From: the human T2T-CHM13v2.0 reference genome, Homo sapiens
DNA: 64,000 bases
Reading direction: 5' to 3' (one strand)
Assembly: GCF_009914755.1 (NCBI RefSeq)
Contig: NC_060937.1
The notes beneath the pieces are model-generated. The model saw only the letters and a list, made by a program, of their open reading frames with translations, was not told the DNA's origin and did no database searches. Shown here in pieces: positions 53,142-64,000 of the stretch. How positions within the stretch are numbered: the first letter of the stretch is position 1; every line of letters starts with the position of its first letter. The position numbers and the translations under genes are program-made.

Positions 53142-56100
53142 CATCAACGGAATATACATACTTCTTAGCACTGCATAGCATTTATTATAAAATTGACCAC
53201 ATAATTGGAAGTAAAAGACTCCTCAGCAAATGCAAAAAAAAAAAAAAAAAAAAAAAAGGAAACGGAAATCATAACAAACAGTCTCTCAGACCACGGTACA
53301 ATCAAATTAGAACTCAAGATTAAGAAACTCACTGAAAACCACAAAACTACATGGAAACTGAACAACCTGCTCCTGAATGACTACTGGGTAAATAATGAAA
53401 TTAAGGCAGAAATAAATAAGTTCTTTGAAACCAGTGAGAACAAAGACACAGTGTACCAGAATCTCTGGGACACAGCTAAAGCAGTGTTTAGAGGGAGATT
53501 TATAGCACTAAATGCCCACATCAGAAAGTGAGAAAGATCTAAAATTGACACCCTACCATCACAATTAAAAGAACTAGAGAAGCAAGAGCAAACAAATTCA
53601 AAAGCTAGCAGAAGACAAGAAATAACTAAGATCAGAGCAGAACTGAAGGAGATAGAGACACGAAAAACCCTTCAAAAAATCAATGAATCCAAAAGCTGGT
53701 GTTTTGAAAAGACTGACAAACTAGATAGACCGCTAGTCAGACTAATAAAGAAGAAAAGAGAGAAGAATCAAATAGACACAACAAAAAATGATAAAGTGGA
53801 TGTCACCACTGATCCCACAGAAATACAAACTACCATCAGAGAATACTATAAACACCTCTATGCAAATAAACCAGAAAATCTAGATGAAATGGATAAATTC
53901 CTGGACACGTACACCCTCCCAAGACTAAACCAGGAAGAAGTCGAATCCAGGAAGAAGTCGAATCCCTGAATAGACCAATAACAAGTTCTGAAATTGAGGC
54001 AGTAATTAATAGCCTACCAACCAAAAAAAAGCCCAGGACCAGATGGATTCACAGCCGAATTCTACCAGAGGTACAAAGAGGAGCTGGTACAATTCCTTGG
54101 GAAACTATTTCAAACAATAGAAAAACAGGGACTCCTCCCTAACTCATTTTATGAGGACAGCATCATCCTGATACCAAAACCTGGCAGAGACACACAAAGA
54201 AAGAAAATTTCAGGCCACTATCCCTGATGAACATCGATGTGAAAATTCTCAATAAAATACTGGCAAACCGAATCCAGCAGCACACCAAAAAGCTTATCCA
54301 GCATGATCAAGTCGGCTTCATCCCTGGGATGCAAGGCTGGTTCAACATATGCAGATCAATAAACGTAATCCATCACATAAACAGAACCAATGACAAAAAC
54401 CACATGATTATCTCAATAGATGCAGAAAAGGCCTTCGATAAAATTCAACACCCTTCATGCTAAAAACACTCAATAAACCAGAGCTATTTATGACAAACCT
54501 ATAGCCAATATTATACTGAATGGGCAAAAGCTGGAAGCATTCCCTTTGAAAACCAGCACAAGACAAGGATGCCCTCTCTTACCACTCCTATTCAACATAG
54601 TATTTAGAAGTTCTGACCAGGGCAATCAGGCAAAAGAAAGAAAGAAAGGTATTCAAATAGGAAGAGAGGAAGTCAAATTGTCTCTCTTTGCAGATGACAT
54701 GATTGTATATTTAGAAAACCCCATCGTCTCAGCCAAAAAACTCCTTAAACTGATAAGCAACTTCAGCAAAGTCTCAGGATACAAAATCAATGTGAAAAAT
54801 CACAAGTATTTCTATACACCAATAATAGACAAACAGAGAGCCAAATCATGAGTGAACCCCCATTCAAAATTGCTACAAAGAGAATAAAATACCTAGGAAT
54901 CCAACTTACAAGGGATGTGAAAGACCTTTTCAAGAACTACAAACCACTGCTCAAGGAAATAAGAGAGGATACACAGAAATGGAAAAACATCCCATGCTCA
55001 TGGATAGGAAGAATCAATATTGTGAAAATGGCCATACTGCCCAAAGTAATTTATAGATTCAATGCTATTCCCAACAAGCTATCATTGACTTTCTTCGCAG
55101 AATTAGAAAAAACTACTTTAAATTTCGTATGACACCAAAAACAAGCCCATATAGCCAAGACAATCCTAAGCAAAAAGAACAAAGATCATGCTATCAGACT
55201 TCAAACTATATAATCAAAACAATGTGGTACTGGCACTGAAACAAATATATAGACCAATGGAACGGAACAGAGGCCTCAGAAATAACACCACACATCTACA
55301 ACCACCTGATCTTTGACAAACCTGACAAAAACAAGGAATAGGAAAAGGATTCCCTATTTAATAAATGGTGCTGGGAAAACTGACTAGCCATATGCCAAAA
55401 ACTGAAACTGGACCCCTTCCTTACACCTTATACAAAAATTAACTCAAGATGGATTAAAGACTTAAACTTAAGACCTAAAACCATAAAAGCCTTAGAAGAA
55501 AACCTAGGCAATACCATTCAGGACATAGGCATGGGCAAAGACCTCAAGACTGAAACACCAAAAGCAATTGCAACAAAAGCCAAAATTGACAAATGGGATC
55601 TAATTAAACTAATGAGTTTCTGCACAGCAAAGAAACTATCATCAGAGTGAACAGGCAACTTACAGAATGGGAGAAAATTTTTGCAATCTATCCATCTGAC
55701 AAAGGGCTAATATCCAGAATCCACAAGGAACTTAAACAAATTTACAAGAAGAAAACAAACAACCCCATCAAAAATTGGGCAAAGGATATGAACAGACACT
55801 TCTCAAAAGAAGACATTTATGTGGCCAAAAAACATATGAAAAGCAGCTCATCATCACTGGTCATCAGAGAAATACAAATCAAAACCACAATAAGATACCA
55901 TCTCACGGCAGTTAGAATGGCAGTCGTTAAAAAGTCAGGAAACAACAGATGCTGGAGAGGATGTGGAGAAATAGGAACGCTTTTACACTGTTGGTGGGAG
56001 TGTAAATTAGTTCAACCATTGTGGAAACATTATGGCGATTCCTCAAGGATCTAGAACCAGAAATACCATTTGACCCAGCAATCCCATTACTGGGTATATA

Positions 56101-56625
56101 CCCAAATGATTATAAATAATTCTACCATAAAGACACATGCACATGCTTGTTTATTGCAGCACTATTTACAATAGCAAAGACTTGGAACCAACCCAATGCC
56201 CATCAATGATAGACTGGTTAAAGAAAATGTGGCACAGACACACCATGGAATACTATGCAGCCATAAAAATGAATGAGTTCATGTCCTTTACTGGGACACG
56301 GATGAAGCTGGCAACCATCATTCTTAGCAAACTAACACAGGAACAGAAAACCAAACACCGCATGTTTTCACTCATAAGTGGGAGTTGAACAATGAGAATA
56401 CGTGGACCCAGGGAGGGGAACATCACACACTGGGGCTTGTCAGGGGGTGGGGAGCAAGGGGAGGGACAGCATTAGAAGAAATACCTAATGCATTCAGGGC
56501 TTAAAACCGAGATGATGGGTTGATGGGTGCAGCACACCATCATGGCACATGTATACCTATGTAACAAACCTGCACATTCTGCACATGTATCCTAGAACTT
56601 AAAGTATAATTTTAAAAAAGTTTTA
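53142..56625 (+). mobile_element. 5'-truncated L1PA7/8, ORF2 to 3' UTR, non-functional
   Basis: ORF2 fragments including RT motifs ([24 protein letters not shown]). Perfect 17-bp TSD aaaaatatttgattgtc at 53125-53141 and 56626-56642. Multiple stops and frameshifts. Confidence 0.96.
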
Positions 56626-58479
56626 AAAAATATTTGATTGTCAAAGGATTCTAACTCTGAATGTCGTTTATTACCCCAAAGAGTAGGACCATCTCCCTTC
56701 TCGGTGCTGTCATTTTCATCATCTTTTAAAGAGTTCATAGGGTTGTCCTTACAGTAATGAGTTTGTTGTAATGTTTTAGGGGAAATAATTAGCCCTTTTA
56801 GGACATTAGATTATCCCCTAGTGGTGACATTCCATCTCTGCGGAACATTTTATATCCTCCAGAAAAGGGATCTCATTAAGTCAAGTGTGTTAAAGACACA
56901 TTCAAAGTCACTGTCACAGGAGTTCATTATTTCTGAAGGAAATGTAAGCAGCAATTTCACAGTTGAGTCTGCAATTATTAAAAAAAAAAAAAGTCCAAAG
57001 ACCCTCAGTTCCTCTGACATAGCCACTCTGTAATTCATTTTTTAATTCAAAATATGCACTATAAAGTACTAAACCAAAAAATGTTAAAAACGAAGAAAGA
57101 AACAACAACAACAAAAACACGTCGGAGAGTAAGCTAACGGTCCCCTGCGGAGCAGCAAGTCACTGTTTCTCCCACGCTCCATACTTCAGAATGCAAATGG
57201 GCTAAGTTCATGCTCATTCATTAATATCCATGACTGTTGTCACAGTTTTTTCTTTCTCAGCATCATTCTATGAAGAATAAATGACTTAGTTACCACAAAC
57301 CAATGATGAGTTTTTCAAGTGGAAAAGACAAACACTTGGGCCCCATTTTACACGAATGACCATAAAAACTGAAAACCATGAAAATGTTGAGTCAACATCC
57401 CCAGTAACACCCGGGGAGCTTCGTAGAACTATTCAACGATGTAGATTTGGCCACACCCTGGATCAAATCACGACCCCAAAAGAAATACAGAAAAAATTTA
57501 GACAGTAGTCTTCTGACTGAACCCCGAGATTTCAGTGATAATCCATTCAAAAATATTTATAAGGCAAAAATCCATTTGGCAATCAAGAACTTAAGTCAAC
57601 ATGTTCTTATTAATCATGCAGTTAGTCGCATGTGGTGTTTCCACTTGTGCAATCTTCCTAAATTAGCTTAACTGGAAATGGAGAGCCTCAACTTTGGAAG
57701 GCTCTTCTGGAAACAGGCACTGCTTCCTGGGCAGCTCTGCCGAAGAGAGATCATAATCTCACAGCAGCTGACAGTCTAGCACTGACTTTGTCTGGCATTT
57801 CTGAGCCCCTGTAGTGCACCTCTCATCGAATGCTTTGGGAATTCTGAGGGAGCTGCTGCATCCTCATCTTTCACACGCAGGAGGGACTCATATTCAGAGG
57901 TTAGGAGGTGGAGGGGGCATTTAAGCCCAGGTCTGTCTCACTTTGAAGCCTGCGCTCCTGACCACCTGCGTGGTTGTTTCTCCAGGAGGTTGTTTGTTAG
58001 ACTGGGTGGAAGCAGGTCTCTTCCTCTGCGGGTCCTGATGTCAGTCCCTCCTCTTGCTGACAGCTCTTCAGACTTGTGACAGCAGCCAGCATTCTGTGAA
58101 TTCTCCTCTTCTCCAGGCTAAATGTTCCCAGGACTTCCAAGATTCCTCAGACATCAGAAAGAGCCAGTCCCTCCATCATCCTGTCTGCCTGAACACACAG
58201 AGGTCAGGGGGAGACAGTGTGGGGCACAGTCATTGTCTTGATTCAAATGGAGTTTACTGAAAACAAATGAAAGGTTTTCCTCTGACATGCTGTGCTCCAT
58301 ACTTGCACAGCTTGTTTTGTGAACTTAAACCTAAGAACTTACATTTTGTCTTTAATAAATTGCATCCTGATAGACTGAGCACAATGTTCTAATTTATCTT
58401 TGTATTTTCTAAAATTCAGTTTTGGTACTCAGTATATCTTCCACACTTTCGGCTCTGTTGTCTATGCAGCATTACCTAG

Positions 58480-58660
58480 AGGAAAGAACATAGTTTAAGG
58501 TCATATTAACTTGGATTCAAATTCTGGGTGTGACACTTACGAGCTGTGCAACCTTGGGCAACCATGGTACCGAACCCTGCGACCTTCTTGTAATACATGG
58601 AGTGTTGTTTAGATGTAAGCTGTTCTTGAAGAGCTAAATGAGAGGAAACACACACCCCCT
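58480..58660 (+). mobile_element. MIR
   Basis: 'ggattcaaattctgggtgtgacacttacgagctgtgcaaccttgggcaa'. Confidence 0.7.
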
Positions 58661-58914
58661 GGGGTTGGCCCCAGGAGTCTGAAGGAGGCGCTACAGTGGG
58701 ATTGTAATTTAGGAAGCAAAACCTAAGCAACTTGAGAGTAACCTGTGCAGAGAGTGAATGTGTGCCTGGAACAGATGGTTCAGTGCAGACCACAGAAAAA
58801 GGAAGCCAGAAGCTATCTATTTTAGGGAGAGAAACACTGTATCCTAGACAACAGAACCTTCTGGAACAGGCCTCACTGTGGCCTGAATAAAATAGCCCTC
58901 ACCCTAATAGGAGC

Positions 58915-59303
58915 TGTCATACTAGGCTCCTATTGACTTCAATAAGGATAGCACCATGTTCAAGAGGCCCAAGAAGAGACCCAGAGCCAGCAAATGAGAC
59001 ACAGTGTTTACTGGGGGAACTTACATTCAGGGATGGTCCAGTGGCAGCAGGCTTGACAGGGGAACCATTACCTCTCATAAAAGGCATGCAGTTCATGTAG
59101 CATTTTCACTTAGCACCCTCCCCCAGCAACCTGCCACAGGATGGGCCAGGGGCTCAGATGTTCCTCATAGGTAAGAAATGGACCTCCTAGTTGGCCACTC
59201 CTGGACTGCTTAGCTGAGAACTCTGAACAGACACTCTTCTTAGACCATGGAGTCATTCTCAGGGTATGCTTGAGTTCTCATTGTCAGGTGCATCTGCCAT
59301 ACA
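58915..59303 (-). mobile_element. LTR47-family solo LTR
   Basis: The minus strand starts tgtatggcagatgcacctgaca...aagcataccctgagaatgac. 5-bp TSD ggagc/ggggc. Confidence 0.82.
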
Positions 59304-60687
59304 GGGGCCACCAATCAGCCAGGCGTCAGAACGGAGCAACACACTGACCTCTCAGGAGTGCTGATGGGAGTCGTGAGCATCTGGTCACTGGAAAGGAACG
59401 TCCCCCAGTGGACACAATAACTGGCGCCCGGTACACACACTGCATCTCGTATGTTTAACTGCACACATACCCCTGACTCACACCACTCTGGAACAGGGAC
59501 AGGGGTCTCCACACTCACCCCTGTGGGGCCTGCTGAGGGCACATTCTGCCTTCCTATGTTGACATCCTGATCTCACCTTCATCTCTTTTTTGACCTGCAA
59601 CTCGCTGCCATTTTCTAATCTGTAACAAAGGAGCACAACACCCTCTGTGTAGCTTCATCACAATGAGCGAGTAAACAACGTGCCTACAGTGACTATCCTG
59701 GTGCCTGCAACATCCCAGGCTCTTACCCCTACTGTCCCACACGCCCACCTCCCACTGCCACCACTGTTGCCCAAACTGAACAGGAACGAGCTGAGGGCCT
59801 CAGAGGGCACCAATCCAGTCCCCTTCCTAATGACAACAGCCCTCTACCCATGGTCCTGTGAACACGGTCTTTTTAGGCAGTCATTAACCCCCCTGTCTGC
59901 ATTATTCCCTGGCCTGCATGGTGCTCAAGGGCACCAGGTTGAAGTCCCGATGAAGAGCATCTACACATTTCTCTGATTTTTCTAGCAAGCCTATCAAAAG
60001 TAAAAACTGGTTTAGATCGGCATGACTTTTTTTTTAATTTAAAGTGTATTTGCAAAACATCTCATTAAAAATCCATTACAGAATCTTTCCAGGATGAATG
60101 TCAACTCATAGAGTATGTAGAGTATGGCTTAAAAAGTCCTTTTTCTCCCTCTTTGAAAATTAGATCCATGTTTTTCAAAATCTGGCCTTTTCAGCCCTTT
60201 CTTATTTTCTGTGACCTTTCTTCAAAAATTCATATCGGTTCAGTTATCTCAACTAGATATTCCAGCCTGTGACTCCTCAGGCTGAAATTTGTCAAAGTCA
60301 GGAGATTTTAACTGTTTTAGAGCAGCTATGAACTCTACTAGAATCTTCTTAAAACTCCTTTTTTAATGATAAAGGAAAAAAGATAAAGCCCCTAATATTC
60401 CATATTCCCACCAGATTTAACCACTATTAACATCTTGGCATATTTGGCTTCCAGGTTTTTTTTTTTTTTTTGTAAGAAAAATCACTACATTGCTTTTTAT
60501 AAAAGTGATATATGTATAATAATATCAAGTACAAAAAAATGTAGTAAGTAGAAAGGTAACAGTTTTTAATCACGCCAATTCCACACTCAGAAATTGCTAT
60601 TGTTACCATTAGGTGAACATGGTCTCAGACAGCTCCCTGTGCATAAAAATAGAAGGCACTTAGAAACACTTCCATAAAAATGTAATC

Positions 60688-60988
60688 GGCCAGGCTAGGT
60701 GGCTCACCCCTGTAATCCCAGCACTTTGGGAGGCCGAGGCGGGCAGATCACAAGGTCAGGAGGAGTTCGAGACAAGCCTGACCAACATGGTGAAACCCCA
60801 TCTCTACTAAAAAAAAAAAAATACAAAAATTAGCCGGGCCTGGTGGTGTGCACCTGTAATCCCAGCTACTCAGGAGGCTGAGGCAGGAGAATCGACCGGG
60901 GAGGCGGAGGTTGCAGTGAGCGGAGATCGCGCCACTGCACTCCAGCCTGGGCGACAGAGCGAGATTCCGTCTCAAAAAAAAAAAAAAG
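60688..60988 (+). mobile_element. AluSg-like
   Basis: Dimeric Alu with poly-A tail. TSD aaaaa(t)gtaatc. Confidence 0.92.
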
Positions 60989-61499
60989 TAATCAGGCTGA
61001 AACATCATAATTATTATATAGTAGCAAATGTATTTTCCTTGAATTTAATAAAGTAAAATTAAACTGAAGGCATTTTTGAAACTCAAATAAAACTTCCTCT
61101 GTGGCAAGAGATACGATTTCCTAAAAATCACTCTCGGTTTAAACAAAGAAATCGCGACAAACATTCAGATAGGTTAGGGTCATTACTGTTGGTTTCTCAA
61201 AGTCTATTTGCATGTCTGACAGCGTGTGTTGACTCTTGGCTTTTAAAGGCGACATCGAGTCCTTTCGTCTTTCTGCCTTGTCTCCTGCCTGTGGCTCCTT
61301 ATTTTTGTTAATCATACTCTTATTTTACTCAGTGCAGGTTTGTGACGTTCATATTTATTGGTGACCACAGTGTTCTGTATTAGCTCACGGCAGCCTTTAA
61401 TCGTAGTGCCTGTCCCCTGACGTGTCTGCAGATGGCTGCCTTGGTGCCTTTCTTCCCACCCTCGTGACTGCTGTAGTGCCCCGGGCTGAGCTTCCTTAG

Positions 61500-62009
<510 letters not shown>

Positions 62010-63269
62010 TGAGGCTTCTGATTCAAAATTTCCTAAAATATGGCATGTTCTTTTGATACAAAGATGCTGTTCTTCTTCCTTTTCAGGAAAATTCTCTTGT
62101 GCTGTATCTCTGAATGGCTCCTCAGTTCCATCTGTGAGTTCTCTATCTCTATCCCTATGTGGATTGTCTTTGTCACCAGTATCGGTTATGTCGTCATTCT
62201 AGTTTAATTTTCTTGTCTTTTTCAGTGGTTTTCTCTAGGATCATGCCTGACCTCTCCACGTTGCAGGCAGTTCAGTTTCCGTCAGTGTCTAGTTCTGTCC
62301 TTTGCTTTCCTGTTTGTTAATTAACAGTGAGGTTTTGATCCCCAGTTTGTTGCCTATGTCTGCAGTCTCTCTTTTTCTTACTGTGTATATTGTTTTCACT
62401 TATGACTATTTTGTTGACTTCCTATTCTTATTAAGTGATTTTCTTCAGAGTGAAGCAATGGTAAGGAATTTACTTCTCAAGTTATGTTTTCTCTCGGGTT
62501 AATTTCTGGTCTCTTCCTTCACTCTGCTCCCCTTCTTTTTTCTTGTTTGCCGAAATGAGTTTGCAGGGCTGATCTGTTGGTCCTTCCTGTCTAATTCACA
62601 CCTGCACCCTGACACAGTGTGAGTGGCTTCCTTACTCTCCTCCGGGTGCCTTTAAGTCCTTCTGATCTAGAAGGCCAGGCTTTTAGGCCTTTTGTGTTCT
62701 CTCCAGTTGAGGGAATGGGAAGGTAGGAAGCACTCAGCTGATACACTGCATAGTTTTCTAAGAATCCCTGAGCTCTCCTTTTTCTTCTGAGATTTTGTGA
62801 AATCTCTACTAATCACTTTACTGACATAAAATTTCATTTTTTCTTATTTATGTTTTTTCTATTCTTTTTAGTCTAAAAATGTTTCTCCTTAACAAAAATG
62901 ACAGATTCAAGTTAGAAGATAATGAGTGTAACTTTATATTTGTTTTCTATTAGTATCCTGCTCCCAGCCACAAGCAGTAGACTTTTCTCTTTATTGTCCC
63001 TTGTATTGCCTGATGACTTGTATTTATAGCCATACTTTTAGATTTTGCCTATTTGATCTATTCTTACAACTTCACATCACCACAACCTTTAAAATCTGAC
63101 TTCACCCGAGAGCGTTTTGCATAGTTCTGTTTAGTTCTTCAGATGCACTCTCCTTTTTATCCTCAGTAATAGAAATTGCAATTGCAGCAGGAACCATGTG
63201 TCTTGGTATTTTTACGCCACTTTGTAATGTCTCATGTTTTAGTATCTTAGGTAATGCACGCTGCCTTTC

Positions 63270-63859
63270 TAACATCTAGGGCAGAAGTGAAAGCAGGAAC
63301 TTAAACAGATATTTGTACACCCATGTTCATAGATAGCAGCACTATTCACAACAGCCAAGAAGTGGAAGTAACCCAACTGTCCAACCAATGACTAGATGAA
63401 CAAAATGTGGTATATATCTACAGTGGAGTAGTGTTCAGCTTTAAAAAGGAAGGAAATTATGACAGGTGACAGCACTGCTGCACCTTGAAGACATTATACT
63501 AAATAATGTCATTATACTGAATAAGCGAGTCACAAAAGAACAAATATTGTATGATTCCTCTGCTATGAGGCTCCTAGAGCGGTCAAAAGAGAAAGGAAGT
63601 AGAATGCAGTCATAGATACATATGCATATGTGTTAAATGCAGTGGATGCATGGAATGTAGTAGAAAGTGGTCACAGAGAAAGGAGAACAGTTGTTCCCAG
63701 AGTCTGGGAGGTAGGGGAATGGAGAGTTATTGTTTAATGAGTAGAGCTTCAGTTTTGCAAGATGAAAAGGGTTCTGGAGATGGATGGTGATGATGGCTGA
63801 ATAACAATGTAAATGTATTTAATGCCAGTGAAATGTACACTTAAAAAACGATTAAAGTG
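63270..63859 (+). mobile_element. L1MB 3' end
   Basis: 'gaaagcaggaacttaaacagatatttgtacacccatgttcatag...gttttgcaagatgaaaagggttctggagatgg'. Confidence 0.88.
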
Positions 63860-64000
63860 GGCCTGGTGCAATGGCTCACACCTGTAATCCCAGCATTTTG
63901 GGAGGCCGAGGTGGGTGGATCACCTGAGGTCAGGAGTTCAAGACTAGCCTGGCCAACATTGTGAAACCCCGTCTCTACTAAAAAAAATACAAAACTTAGC
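63860..64000 (+). mobile_element. AluS left arm, cut by the window edge
   Basis: Alu left monomer and linker. Confidence 0.9.

Larger units (their letters stand above)
57660..60360 (-). mobile_element. Ancient L3/CR1 LINE remnant fragmented by MIRs and LTR47
   Basis: Minus-strand tttagcctggagaag (FSLEK motif) at about 58107-58121. RT-like 'gagttgacattcatcctggaaagattctg' and 'aagtcatgccgatctaaacc' at about 60010-60110. Confidence 0.55.

Noticed and set aside
53205-56388. Reverse-transcriptase-containing ORFs as a novel RT system
   Set aside because: These are ordinary L1 ORF2 fragments, 5'-truncated and broken by stops, a poly-A expansion (53234-53257) and a 17-bp tandem duplication (53930-53963).
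57302-57373. Possible C/D-box snoRNA (ATGATGA...CTGA)
   Set aside because: No terminal stem and no recognisable rRNA/snRNA guide. Such short boxes are common by chance.

Overview
This is primate (almost certainly human) non-coding genomic DNA that is densely packed with transposable elements. I find no credible protein-coding gene: every listed ORF is explained by Alu, L1 or ERV sequence, simple repeats or GC-rich composition. The main features are: (i) a degenerate MER52/HUERS-P3-type ERV1 provirus (7402-14368; tRNA-Pro PBS, PPT, ATTC TSD) nested in an L1PA; (ii) a 3'-truncated LTR12C (17411-17886); (iii) a non-repeat CpG island at about 26.5-27.35 kb that looks like a promoter or first exon, probably on the minus strand; (iv) an ERVL pol remnant with an MLT2 LTR (42.8-44.8 kb); (v) an LTR26-like solo LTR and a collapsed MER50-type provirus (49588-51718, TAAG TSD) that carries a locally templated ~200-bp insertion; (vi) a 3.5-kb L1PA7/8 with a perfect 17-bp TSD; (vii) an ancient L3/CR1 broken up by younger elements; and (viii) about 17 Alus. 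I see no evidence for a new biological system. The most interesting signals are DNA-repair or template-switch scars and candidate lncRNA splice and polyA signals. Repeat subfamily names come from remembered consensus sequences and need RepeatMasker/Dfam confirmation. I could not identify the locus or gene.
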